A stretch of DNA of 64,000 nucleotides from positions 113,804 through 177,803 of the IMG/VR virus record IMGVR_UViG_3300020599_000003; one strand, given 5' to 3'. Below are positions 55,360 to 64,000 of the stretch, in pieces. Within the stretch, counting starts at the first letter, position 1; every line of letters starts with the position of its first letter. Origin of the DNA: a virus. A program made the translations under genes and the position numbers. Under the pieces are notes generated by a model that was given only the letters and a program-made list of their open reading frames with translations, was not told where the DNA came from and ran no database searches.

Positions 55360-56229
55360 ATGAGTTCTGATCGTATCCGATGGACGCAGGACGAGCGCGA
55401 TGCCATCGTAACCTGCGCCGTGCAGTACGCACGAGGTCGTACTACCAGTCGCCTGGAGGCCCTCAATCTCGGCATGAAGGCTGCATTGCAGGGCCATCGC
55501 CATCGCAACTGCGTGAGTGTCTCGCATTTCGGCCACTACATCAACGAGGAGTTCGACCGGCGCCTCCACATGCCTGAGAAGATTGGCGAACCTCTTCCGA
55601 AGATTGGTCACCCGGAATCGGTAGAAGTTCGTGTCCCCGCTCCGCCACCTCAACCTGAGGTAGCCGCTCCCCTCACCAAGGAACCTGATCCTCTACCGCA
55701 AGCCCTCGCAGAGGGCGAGGAGATCGTCCTGAACTTCCCAGGCGTCGTCATTCCGGCGAGTGTCATCAACCGAATCGCAGCCTCTGTGGAGGCTCGCGTG
55801 ATGGCTCGCGTGATGGCTCGCGTGATGGCGATCATGCAGGCAGTTCAGGCTCCGATCCCGTGCTCGGAGCCCTCGATCGAGGCAGCCCCGCTACCACAGG
55901 AGCCACCTCAAGAAGGAGGTCGACTTCAGGTAATCGTTGTTGGGCTCATGCCTCAGCGTAAGCAATGGTTGCTTAACGCAATCCCCGCGCGCCTGAAACA
56001 TCGCCTGGATGTGGAATTCATTTATGAGGATTCCCCTATCACGCCGCAACGTGATCACATCGTCATCCACTGCACATTGAAGGGGCAGTCCGAAGTCCCA
56101 CAACGTCTCGTGTCACCGGGCCGCTACTATCGAGTCGGCCACAATGCCATGTCGGTACTAGGAACCCTCCAGACCGCCGCTGATTACCACCTCATCGAGA
56201 TGGAGCAACATGCAACTCGCTCGCACTGA
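55360..56229 (+). CDS. Hypothetical Pro-rich protein
   Basis: RBS AAGGA; contains a 12-bp x3 repeat encoding ARVM. Confidence 0.7.
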   Translation: MSSDRIRWTQDERDAIVTCAVQYARGRTTSRLEALNLGMKAALQGHRHRNCVSVSHFGHYINEEFDRRLHMPEKIGEPLPKIGHPESVEVRVPAPPPQPEVAAPLTKEPDPLPQALAEGEEIVLNFPGVVIPASVINRIAASVEARVMARVMARVMAIMQAVQAPIPCSEPSIEAAPLPQEPPQEGGRLQVIVVGLMPQRKQWLLNAIPARLKHRLDVEFIYEDSPITPQRDHIVIHCTLKGQSEVPQRLVSPGRYYRVGHNAMSVLGTLQTAADYHLIEMEQHATRSH

Positions 56230-56536
56230 ACTGTTCTTCTTCAACCACGTTTCCCGCGACCACAGGGCCGAGCGTATGGAACTGTTCGGCCGTGTCGCTC
56301 ACAACAATGAGCAGCCGGTACTTGTCATCGCCAACGAGGAGCAGCTCAAGACCTGGAAGGAAATCTTCCCCAGGGGTCTGTTTTCGTACACGCGCCCGGA
56401 TTCGGTGAACCTGCGCCGCAATCCCTTCCCTGAGAACACGGCCATCCTGCTTGACCCTGAGCTCAGTCGCCAGGACCTCGCGTTCTTGCGCAGCAAGGCC
56501 CTCCGCGACAGAGCCAACATGACGCAGGTGTCGTGA
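56210..56536 (+). CDS. Hypothetical protein
   Basis: 108 aa; GC3-rich codons. Confidence 0.65.
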   Translation: MQLARTELFFFNHVSRDHRAERMELFGRVAHNNEQPVLVIANEEQLKTWKEIFPRGLFSYTRPDSVNLRRNPFPENTAILLDPELSRQDLAFLRSKALRDRANMTQVS

Positions 56537-56640
56537 TAAAGCCCGCGTCAGCATGACACTCGGTACGAGCAAGTCAGCCACTATTTCATGACCACTGAAC
56601 CGGAGGTTCCTAGTTTCGTGATCCGTAGTAAATAAGCGTC

Positions 56641-57384
56641 ATGGAAAAGACCACCTATCCGCTCGCGGTCCCCACCGGAATCGTGCTCACGAACGTGGCG
56701 CAGTTTAATCGGCTCATGGGCCAAGCCGAAAAAGCATCGCGCCTGCTCGACTCGCTCCTCGCTGACATCAACTTCGTGATCCGTCATCTGCAGGAAGGCT
56801 ATCTGCAGGAGGAAACCGAGAAGCTGAACAAGCTCAAGGTCCAAGTGCGGCAGTTGCAGAGGGGAGCAATCGTCCGCGATGCCGAAGAGATCGACACTGG
56901 CCCCGAAGTGTTCGAGAGGACACTCGCCGAATCGCAAGCATGTGTCCGCCTCTGGAAGCGGCTTGCTCAACGAATCCACCCTGATAAGGGTGGTGACCTC
57001 CGCACGTTCAATCAGGCTGTTCAGGCGTTCAAGAACCGGGATTTGCGGACGCTCCAGTTCATCTGGGACGCAGCCGTGAATTTTAGCCACCCTGGCTGGA
57101 AGTCCTCAAATGTTGGATACGCTCAGGATCGCCTAGATCATATGACGATGCAGCTTGAGCAGGTGAAGACCACTCAGCAATTCGCAGCGGTCAAGGCATT
57201 CCGCTCCCGACGTACTCAGGATGCAGTAAATATCGTCCGAACCCTGTTGGAGGATAGCATTCAGCGAGCAATACTGGATGTTCAGGTACTAACGAGGAAG
57301 CTCTGTGGGGAGACTGCCGCATCTATGCTCCAATCGGCAATGGATGCCGGTGTAGTCGAATCACCATTCCAAGCTCGAACCTGA
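56641..57384 (+). CDS. J-domain (DnaJ-like) coiled-coil protein
   Basis: LWKRLAQRIHPDKGGD...FNQAVQAF (HPD motif). Confidence 0.7.
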   Translation: MEKTTYPLAVPTGIVLTNVAQFNRLMGQAEKASRLLDSLLADINFVIRHLQEGYLQEETEKLNKLKVQVRQLQRGAIVRDAEEIDTGPEVFERTLAESQACVRLWKRLAQRIHPDKGGDLRTFNQAVQAFKNRDLRTLQFIWDAAVNFSHPGWKSSNVGYAQDRLDHMTMQLEQVKTTQQFAAVKAFRSRRTQDAVNIVRTLLEDSIQRAILDVQVLTRKLCGETAASMLQSAMDAGVVESPFQART

Positions 57385-57425
57385 TCCAGCGAACAGGTCA
57401 CTATCCCACTAATCTGGAGAATCAT

Positions 57426-58085
57426 ATGCCCGTTGTCAAGAAAGTCGTCAAACGTCCCGCAGGTCCGGCTGTCAAGAAGGTAGTAAAGAAGGTGGCTCCC
57501 ACCAACACCGCCAATCTCACTCCCCTGGAAAAGGCCCGCCTCGCACGTCAGAACGGTACGTCAGGGAAGAAGCCTGCCAAGCAAGTCAACTACCAATCCA
57601 ACGCCGACGCCAAGGCGAAGTTCGATGCTCCGAGTGACTTCCGTCCGTGCTTCTACGAAGTCACCATGAAGACCGAGGCCGATGGCCTGCTCGGCAGCAA
57701 GATCACCGCCAAACGAATCCAGGGCTCCTACGAAAAGGCCCCGGAAAAGAACCGCCGCCCGGTCCACAAGTTCGATCCGCGCACCTTGATGGGGATCGCC
57801 GCTCGCATCGGTGCCGCCACGTTCGTCAACAAGGAAACCAACCGTCTGCCGGCGAACGCCGTGTTCGTCATGGTTCTGCGAGTCGCCAAGAACAAGGACG
57901 GTCACATCCGTGTCGGCCTGAAGCACATCCAGGGCCAAGTCACGAAGAACAGTGTGTCGCGCATGGTCATGCTGGACAAGAAGCATCCGGTCTACCGTCG
58001 CCTCCGTCGTGCGGTCAAGTTCCTGCCTGCGGCGTTCATTTCCGCAATCCAGCCCCCGAAGCTGGGTCGCGGCGAAACCGACTAA
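57426..58085 (+). CDS. Basic hypothetical protein
   Basis: MPVVKKVVKR..AVKKVVKK; K/R-rich. Confidence 0.8.
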   Translation: MPVVKKVVKRPAGPAVKKVVKKVAPTNTANLTPLEKARLARQNGTSGKKPAKQVNYQSNADAKAKFDAPSDFRPCFYEVTMKTEADGLLGSKITAKRIQGSYEKAPEKNRRPVHKFDPRTLMGIAARIGAATFVNKETNRLPANAVFVMVLRVAKNKDGHIRVGLKHIQGQVTKNSVSRMVMLDKKHPVYRRLRRAVKFLPAAFISAIQPPKLGRGETD

Positions 58086-58101
58086 TCCACAAGGATGGTA
58101 A

Positions 58102-58482
58102 ATGAGCGCTGTCAACAAGATCGTCATCGCGCAACTCGTCACGGGTGCCTGGATCGTCGGTCGCATCGAAACCAACGATGGTTTCCTCGAAGAGGCCCTT
58201 GAGAAAGGTCTGGCCAAAGGTGGTCTGGTTATCACGACTCCGCTGGAAGTCGTCATGCAACCCGGCCCGGGCGGAAAGGCGCAACTTATGTTGCCGCCCT
58301 ACGGGTATCCGATCATCCAGTTTGACGTGACCAAGGATGTGCCTCGCTTCTTCCCCACGCACACCTTCGTGCAATACCCGGACGAAGCGCCTCAGCAAAT
58401 CGCGGACTACTACATGCAGTCCACGTCGAGCATCCAAATCGCACCAGCCGGTGCGGTGCCGCCCCGCCATCCGCGCCTTTAA
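58102..58482 (+). CDS. Conserved phage protein, possibly Sm-like fold
   Basis: 126 aa; IAQLVTG.WIVG...P...QLMLPPY...IADYY pattern. Confidence 0.6.
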   Translation: MSAVNKIVIAQLVTGAWIVGRIETNDGFLEEALEKGLAKGGLVITTPLEVVMQPGPGGKAQLMLPPYGYPIIQFDVTKDVPRFFPTHTFVQYPDEAPQQIADYYMQSTSSIQIAPAGAVPPRHPRL

Positions 58483-58709
58483 AGCTGCTGCAAACCCCGT
58501 TTTTGCTTAGTTTTTGAGCAAATTTGGCCCCAACTCCTCCAAAACAGGCTCCCACGCGGCCGAAAAGTATGGTAAAATACCTCTACGGGGCAGCCCTACG
58601 GGCGGCCCACGGGTAAACCCTGCGCCCCAAGGCGCAGTAAATAGTAGTACACGGTGCCACCCGTTTCTGTGGCAAACTTCAACCTCATGAGAAAGAAGGA
58701 AGTATCAAC

Positions 58710-59363
58710 ATGGCAATCCAAAAGCGTCCCGTCAAGAAGGCTGTCAAGAAGGCTGTCAAGAAGGCTCCGCAACGCCCGGTCAAGAAGGCTGTGAAGAAGG
58801 CTGTCAAGAAGGCTGTCAAGAAGGCTCCGCAGCGTCAGCAGCAGCAGCAGCGCCAAGCCAAGAAGCCCCAAGCCCAGAAGCAACGCCCGCAAGTCCAGGC
58901 CCAGGCTGAAGGCCAAATCGTCCGCACAGTCTCGGCCGAAGGTGCCAAGTTCCTGCCGCAAGGTATCGCAGTCGCCGGCCTGAAGATCCCGACTGCCAAC
59001 ATCATCGGCATCATCGGCGGCTTCATCCTGTTCGCGGCTGACGCTCCGGCTGCTCCGGAACCCAGCGCCGACGACGAAGGTGGCGACGAAGGCTACGACG
59101 AAGGCTACGACGAAGGTTACGACGAAGGTGGCTACGACGAAGGTGGCGACGAAGGTGGCGACGAAGGTGGCTACGACGATGGCTCTGGTGACGAAGGCTA
59201 CGACGATGGCTCTGGTGACGAAGGCTGGGCTGACGAAGGTGGCGACGAAGGCTACGACGAAGGTGGTGACGAAGGCTACGACGATGGCTCTGGTGACGAA
59301 GGCTGGGCTGACGAAGGTGGCGACGAAGGTGGCGCTGACGAAGACGAGTGGTCCTTCGACTGA
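58710..59363 (+). CDS. Charge-segregated low-complexity protein (KKAV N-terminus, DEGG/DEGY C-terminus)
   Basis: RBS AAGGAAG; tandem DNA repeats; followed by a terminator. Confidence 0.8.
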   Translation: MAIQKRPVKKAVKKAVKKAPQRPVKKAVKKAVKKAVKKAPQRQQQQQRQAKKPQAQKQRPQVQAQAEGQIVRTVSAEGAKFLPQGIAVAGLKIPTANIIGIIGGFILFAADAPAAPEPSADDEGGDEGYDEGYDEGYDEGGYDEGGDEGGDEGGYDDGSGDEGYDDGSGDEGWADEGGDEGYDEGGDEGYDDGSGDEGWADEGGDEGGADEDEWSFD

Positions 59364-59409
59364 GTAGACGCCAAGCCAAACCCTAGGTCGGTTCTAGGGT
59401 GAGGCTAGG

Positions 59410-59441
59410 AAAGCTCCTGGGGATGCATCCCCAGGAGCTTT
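59410..59441 (+). terminator. Perfect 32-bp palindrome, terminator-like
   Basis: aaagctcctggggatgcatccccaggagcttt. Confidence 0.75.
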
Positions 59442-59479
59442 CTCCGTTTGTACGCGCCACATCACGCCAAGAGGAGCAA

Positions 59480-59797
59480 ATGCGGAACCAACCCAAAGAC
59501 TTCCTTTCGCTCTACAGCCGAGACTGCCTGTCGTGCCATATGCTGGTCGACGGTGCCCCGGCAAAAGCGCGGCGATGTTCCTTCCAGAACGGGAACAAAT
59601 CCTGCCCTGCGTCCGAAGTCAAGATCATCGTGACTGGACGCTTGCGGGCGCAAGCGGTTGCCCTGGTGAAAGCTCGTGCTGACCAGGACTTGGATGCTGA
59701 GATTCGCATCCTGCGCTCCATCGGGAAAGAATCCGAGGACGCCCGCAAGACTTTCTATAAACTGCTGGATCAGCTGTCGAACAAGACAGCCGGCTGA
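59480..59797 (+). CDS. Cys-containing hypothetical protein
   Basis: RBS GAGGAG; CLSC...CSFQNGNKSCPA. Confidence 0.7.
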   Translation: MRNQPKDFLSLYSRDCLSCHMLVDGAPAKARRCSFQNGNKSCPASEVKIIVTGRLRAQAVALVKARADQDLDAEIRILRSIGKESEDARKTFYKLLDQLSNKTAG

Positions 59798-59810
59798 TGG
59801 GAGCATCAAC

Positions 59811-60650
59811 ATGACGCCTGAAAGAAGACTAGTTTTCGTCAAGCAGAGGCATTGGATTATGCCCGCTGACGAACAGACTTATGCTGAGTTACGCAGTCTG
59901 GGCATTAGTCACACGCGTCTCCACGCAGATGTGTTTGACACTCTGCTGGAACTCAAGATCAAGCCGACCGGAATCCCCGGAACGGTCAAGAGGTTCGATA
60001 GCATCTGGACTCCCTTCCTCGAGAAGGTGGCGGCTGCGTGGAAGAAGACCCCTTCCACCAAGTTCCAAAACTCTGCCAACACTATCCGCATGGATAGTAC
60101 CCATCCTGGTGTATACGAGGAGATCCGGCGCAACCTCGGTAAGATCGAGGAATGCTTCGACCGCTTCTTCGTGCGCTGGGGTACGCAGTACACGTTCACC
60201 CATTCCGAATCGAATGGGCGGCATCGTATCAACATCGAATTCACGCACGGCGCTAGACCTCCGGTCATTGCCATTAGCCCTGAGGCTGCTCTGGGTGAGC
60301 AGCCGATCACCATCGATCTGGGCATGACCCGGTTGCTCATCACCAACGACGACTCCGGGCTGCCCGGCGCTGGCAACACAAAGAAGCTGGAGGTCCAGAC
60401 CAAGCGTGGTTCCGAATACGTCACGGTGTATCGCAGCCGATTCCTCGGGAGCGCTTTTGGCCTGAGCCGAGAAGCCCTGTCGTTCTTCCTCGCCAACGGA
60501 ATCGTCGAGAAGGGCGAAAGCGAGGAGTCCGACCCCGAGAGCTTCCAACGCGCTCTAGCCGCAACCGCACACCTGACAACTGCACAAGGCCAGCGTAAGC
60601 TGTCGCATGGCAAGGCGGGTAAACATCTGATCACCAAGGAGAACGAATGA
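59811..60650 (+). CDS. Hypothetical protein
   Basis: RBS GGGAG then ATG 59811. Confidence 0.7.
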   Translation: MTPERRLVFVKQRHWIMPADEQTYAELRSLGISHTRLHADVFDTLLELKIKPTGIPGTVKRFDSIWTPFLEKVAAAWKKTPSTKFQNSANTIRMDSTHPGVYEEIRRNLGKIEECFDRFFVRWGTQYTFTHSESNGRHRINIEFTHGARPPVIAISPEAALGEQPITIDLGMTRLLITNDDSGLPGAGNTKKLEVQTKRGSEYVTVYRSRFLGSAFGLSREALSFFLANGIVEKGESEESDPESFQRALAATAHLTTAQGQRKLSHGKAGKHLITKENE

Positions 60651-60916
60651 CCGAGGCCCAACTCCACCAACTGATGGCCGTGCAAGCGCAGATCGCCACG
60701 CATCAAGCTCGCATCGCGTACTGGCAATCGTTCCTGGCCTCCGGCGCGTACAAGGAGAGCGACATCAGCCGTCCAGCAGCGGAAGATTGCCATGTGCAGC
60801 TCTCGGACAAGGGAAAGCGCGACCGAGTGCTCGGCTACATTCACAATCACGTCGAGCTTCTGCAGGAGCTCCAGGACTTCCACTTTAAGGCTATGCGCGA
60901 GGCGCATTCCATATAA
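60647..60916 (+). CDS. Hypothetical protein
   Basis: 89 aa; RBS AAGGAG. Confidence 0.7.
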   Translation: MTEAQLHQLMAVQAQIATHQARIAYWQSFLASGAYKESDISRPAAEDCHVQLSDKGKRDRVLGYIHNHVELLQELQDFHFKAMREAHSI

Positions 60917-60969
60917 CCCAATTACATGCGGTCGGGGCCTCCGTGCCCCTACCTCAACAGAGGATTCTC

Positions 60970-62871
60970 ATGCAAGGATTCGCAGCTCCCGCATCGCGAC
61001 CGGCCAAGAAGGCAGCGCGCAAGTACGACGAGGGCTCCATCACCGGCTACACCCGTGACCTGGACAAGATCCGTGCCAAGCCCACGCTTTACATTGGCCC
61101 CACTGACGACGACGGTGTGTTCACGCTTCTACGCGAGTGTATGGACAACGCAGTGGACGAGGCCCGCGCCGGTCGCAATGATCTCGTCGACGTGATCGTG
61201 GAAGGCCCCCAAGGCCCGTTCACTGTGGCCGACAACGGCGTCGGTATCCCAGTGAAGGTCCACCCCAAGATGAAGATCAGCACTCTCACCCATGTGCTGA
61301 CCAACCTGCAATCGTCTGGCAAAATCCAGGGCGATGCCTACGAGTCCGCCATCGGCACACACGGCGTCGGGCAGAAGGGCGTGGTCGCCCTCAGCGCCAG
61401 TTTCGACTGCTGGACGTTCCGCTCCGACTCGGGTGGCTGGCATCACACCTCGTTCAAGGAGAGCAAGGAGACGTCGCCGGTCAAGAAGTGTGGATCGCCC
61501 GGTGGCCGCAAGCGCGGCACGGTCGTGAAGTTCATGCCCAGCCCCATCTTCTTCAAGAAATCCAAGCTCGACCTAAAGCGCCTCGTACAGTGGGCCGAGC
61601 TCACCTCCTACATGAACCCCGGACTCACGATCAGAGTGAAGGCTGCGGGAAAGACGAAGGAATGGAAGTCGGAGAACGGAGTCAAGGACTACTTGGCTGC
61701 GCGTCTGAAGGAGCTCAAGGCCAAGCCGATCAACCAGAACTTCCTCACCGCATCGACCCCTACGATGGAATTCATCCTCACGTGGGCTGACGTCGAAGGA
61801 TCGCAGGTGCAGTTCTTCACCAACACGGTGCGCAACGTCGAGGAAGGCGTACACGCTACTGACATGTACCGTGCTCTGCACGCTTCGTTGAAGCCGTTCG
61901 ATCCACCCCGCAACAAGGTTGTGTGGGGCGTGAAGGACTTGCAGGACGGCATGGTCGGCCTGCTGAACTACAAGATCAACGCCCCGCAGTTCGACAGCCA
62001 GACGAAGGAAAAGCTCGTGGACGCGCGTGTCAAGGGCGCGTGCTACAAGGAATGCCTGGAACTGTTCTCGGCCTTCTGGAAGAAGCATCCGGGGTTCGCC
62101 AAGGAGCTGGTGACGCGGGCAATCGAATTGCGCAGCCGCACCAACGAATTCTTGACGGACAAGAAGCTCATCAAGAACGTGCAGGCTGCCAAGAAGACGC
62201 TCTCCGGCAAGCTGGCCGCGATCCAGGGTAACGCCCCCATCGAGGCCCGCGAGCTGTTCATCGTCGAGGGTGACTCGGCAGGCGGCGGCGTGCGGCGCAT
62301 CCGTGATCGACGCACCCAGGCCGTCCTGCCTCTCAAGGGTAAGCCGCTGAATCCGATCGACACGCCGCAGGCGAAGATCAACTCCAACACTGAGATCGTC
62401 AGCCTGCTGGCTGCGCTTGGTGTGGACCTGAACAGCAAGAGCAGCGAGCCGAAGATCAACTACGGCAAGGTCATCCTCATGGCCGACGCTGACGTTGACG
62501 GACAGCACATCAACACGCTCCTCCAGGCCATCCTCTGGAAGTACGTGCCGCACCTGTTCGCCAAGGGCTGCATCTACTCTGTACGGTCGCCGCTGTTCAA
62601 GGCGAACCATAAGGGTAAGACCGTGTTCGGCATGACCAAGGAGGAAATCTACAAGCAACTCGGCACCAAGAACGTGGATTGCACCTACCTCAAGGGGTGG
62701 GGCGAGCTGAACGACGAGGACTTGGTCGTTGCTATTCAGCCAGGCATCCGCACTCTCATCAAGATCGACCCGCCCAATCGCGAGCAAGCTGCGAAGTTCC
62801 TGCAGCTGATGGGGTCGTGCCCGTCATACCGTAAGCAGATGCTGGGTATCGAACTCGCAAAGGACGAATAA
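60970..62871 (+). CDS. gyrB: Type IIA topoisomerase B subunit (GyrB/ParE)
   Basis: E.MDNAVDE, DNGVGIPV, SSGK, IGTHGVG, VEGDSAGG, PLKGK, DADVDGQHI, YLKGWGE. Confidence 0.95.
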   Translation: MQGFAAPASRPAKKAARKYDEGSITGYTRDLDKIRAKPTLYIGPTDDDGVFTLLRECMDNAVDEARAGRNDLVDVIVEGPQGPFTVADNGVGIPVKVHPKMKISTLTHVLTNLQSSGKIQGDAYESAIGTHGVGQKGVVALSASFDCWTFRSDSGGWHHTSFKESKETSPVKKCGSPGGRKRGTVVKFMPSPIFFKKSKLDLKRLVQWAELTSYMNPGLTIRVKAAGKTKEWKSENGVKDYLAARLKELKAKPINQNFLTASTPTMEFILTWADVEGSQVQFFTNTVRNVEEGVHATDMYRALHASLKPFDPPRNKVVWGVKDLQDGMVGLLNYKINAPQFDSQTKEKLVDARVKGACYKECLELFSAFWKKHPGFAKELVTRAIELRSRTNEFLTDKKLIKNVQAAKKTLSGKLAAIQGNAPIEARELFIVEGDSAGGGVRRIRDRRTQAVLPLKGKPLNPIDTPQAKINSNTEIVSLLAALGVDLNSKSSEPKINYGKVILMADADVDGQHINTLLQAILWKYVPHLFAKGCIYSVRSPLFKANHKGKTVFGMTKEEIYKQLGTKNVDCTYLKGWGELNDEDLVVAIQPGIRTLIKIDPPNREQAAKFLQLMGSCPSYRKQMLGIELAKDE

Positions 62872-64000
62872 TGGCAACACGGAAACAACTACCCCCGCAG
62901 GTCGAAGAGCTCCTTCGCAATGCGGACTTCCTCAAGTTTGCGGAATCTAACTACCGCGACTACATGATGGCGGTCATCGAGGATCGTGCTATTCCGGACT
63001 TCCGCGACGGTATGATCCCGGTGGCACGCCGCATCCTGTGGTCGGCCTACGACATGGGCATCCGGTTCAACAGCAAGCCGGTGAAGTCCGCTCGCGTGGT
63101 CGGCGATGTGCTGGGCCGCTACCACCCGCACGGCGACTCCAGCGTGTACGGGGCGATGGTCAGCGTGACCAATCGAAACTCCCCGTTCCCCTTCATCAAG
63201 GGCGAGGGTAATTGGGGGTCCATGACCGCCCCTGGCTTTGCCGCCATGCGGTACACCGAGGCACGGCTGAGCAAGAACGCGGAAGCGGTCCTGTTCGACA
63301 AGTTCTACACGCCCACCATCCAGTACGTGCCCAACTACGATGGTTCGTTCAAGGAACCGTTGCACCTGCCTGGGATACTGCCGTCGATCATCCTGACAGG
63401 CAAGCTGGGTATGGCTCCGGGCGCAACCACGAACATCCCCGTGGTCACGTTCAAGTCGCTCATCGCGGTGCTGCGCAACGTGTACGAGACTGGCAAGCTC
63501 GACCCTGCCTTCGCGTACAAGACGCTGCGCTTCACGTCAGTGTCCGGTGGCGTGGAAATCATGCCCAAGACGAAGGAAGAACACGAGGCGCGGCGCGCCT
63601 TGTTCACGACGACGAAGGGCAAGATCAAGCTGGGGTCCACGTACACCTTCGACGAGCAGACCTCCACCCTGACGGTGACCGCGTTCGCCGATCATTGGGC
63701 GATCCCGAAACTGATCGAGAAGGTCGAACACATCGAGCATGTGCAGGATGCCACTGACGACACGCGCAAGGACGACAAGTACGCCCGCCTCGTCATCAAG
63801 CTGAAGCGTGGCCTGAACGGTCCGCAAAAGAAGAAGGTGGTTGACACCATCGTCAACAAGCTTCTGACAGTCTCACAGAGCCCGGTTCTGAACTTCACCG
63901 AGCGGTACATCGACGAGACCGGTCAGGCCCAGGCCCGGATGCGCCCGATGTCGCTGCTCCGATTCCTGACCGAGTGGATCAAGTATCGCATCGACCTGGA
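62871..64000 (+). CDS. gyrA: Type IIA topoisomerase A subunit (GyrA/ParC), partial
   Basis: RAIPDFRDGM.PV.RRILW, KSARVVGDVLGRYHPHGDSSVY, AAMRYTEARL; TAATG coupling to gyrB; runs off the right edge. Confidence 0.95.
   Translation, partial: MATRKQLPPQVEELLRNADFLKFAESNYRDYMMAVIEDRAIPDFRDGMIPVARRILWSAYDMGIRFNSKPVKSARVVGDVLGRYHPHGDSSVYGAMVSVTNRNSPFPFIKGEGNWGSMTAPGFAAMRYTEARLSKNAEAVLFDKFYTPTIQYVPNYDGSFKEPLHLPGILPSIILTGKLGMAPGATTNIPVVTFKSLIAVLRNVYETGKLDPAFAYKTLRFTSVSGGVEIMPKTKEEHEARRALFTTTKGKIKLGSTYTFDEQTSTLTVTAFADHWAIPKLIEKVEHIEHVQDATDDTRKDDKYARLVIKLKRGLNGPQKKKVVDTIVNKLLTVSQSPVLNFTERYIDETGQAQARMRPMSLLRFLTEWIKYRIDL

Noticed and set aside
3597-62787. Long antisense ORFs (e.g. 495-1805, 3597-5486, 18283-19845, 26369-27688, 61573-62787)
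   Set aside because: These are shadows of high-GC3 genes on the opposite strand; they lack motifs and RBSs.
1-64000. tRNA/rRNA genes, IS elements, phage-nucleus genes (chimallin, PhuZ, multisubunit RNAP)
   Set aside because: None was recognised in the window; intergenic hairpins lack cloverleaf features.

Overview
The window is a 64-kb segment of a high-GC jumbo myophage genome. Its gene content resembles the phiRSL1/PaBG/Lu11 type; this is inferred from recalled family features and was not database-checked. Genes run on the minus strand from 1 to about 51.5 kb and on the plus strand from 52.2 kb, with a repeat-containing AT-rich switch region between them. Core genes include portal, terminase large subunit, tail-tube/baseplate proteins, RuvC, SbcD/Mre11, PhoH, RecA, SSB, thioredoxin, a sigma-70-like factor, primase, family-A DNA polymerase, GroES, a Dda/RecD-like helicase, spanins and gyrase B/A. 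The standout feature is a 12.6-kb DNA-hypermodification operon (23.3-36.0 kb). It holds a dUMP-hydroxymethylase-type thymidylate synthase homolog, an aGPT-Pplase1 base-modifying enzyme, GalE, four TET-associated-type GT-A glycosyltransferases, a nucleotidyltransferase/kinase pair, two HAD phosphatases, TWO sulfotransferases and an APS kinase. The ATP sulfurylase CysD/CysN lies 11 kb away and completes a PAPS pathway. The inferred product is a sulfated, probably glycosylated, thymidine derivative in phage DNA. Other observations: Tad1-like and Acb1-like anti-defence genes, mini-proteins that copy single segments of the portal and probably the capsid, two paralogous GIY-YIG endonucleases (one inactivated by a nonsense codon), decayed small genes, and two candidate promoter motifs. 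Product calls come from motif recognition by eye. Many start codons were moved to downstream RBS-supported ATG/GTG codons relative to the ORF track. No tRNA, rRNA or CRISPR array was seen.
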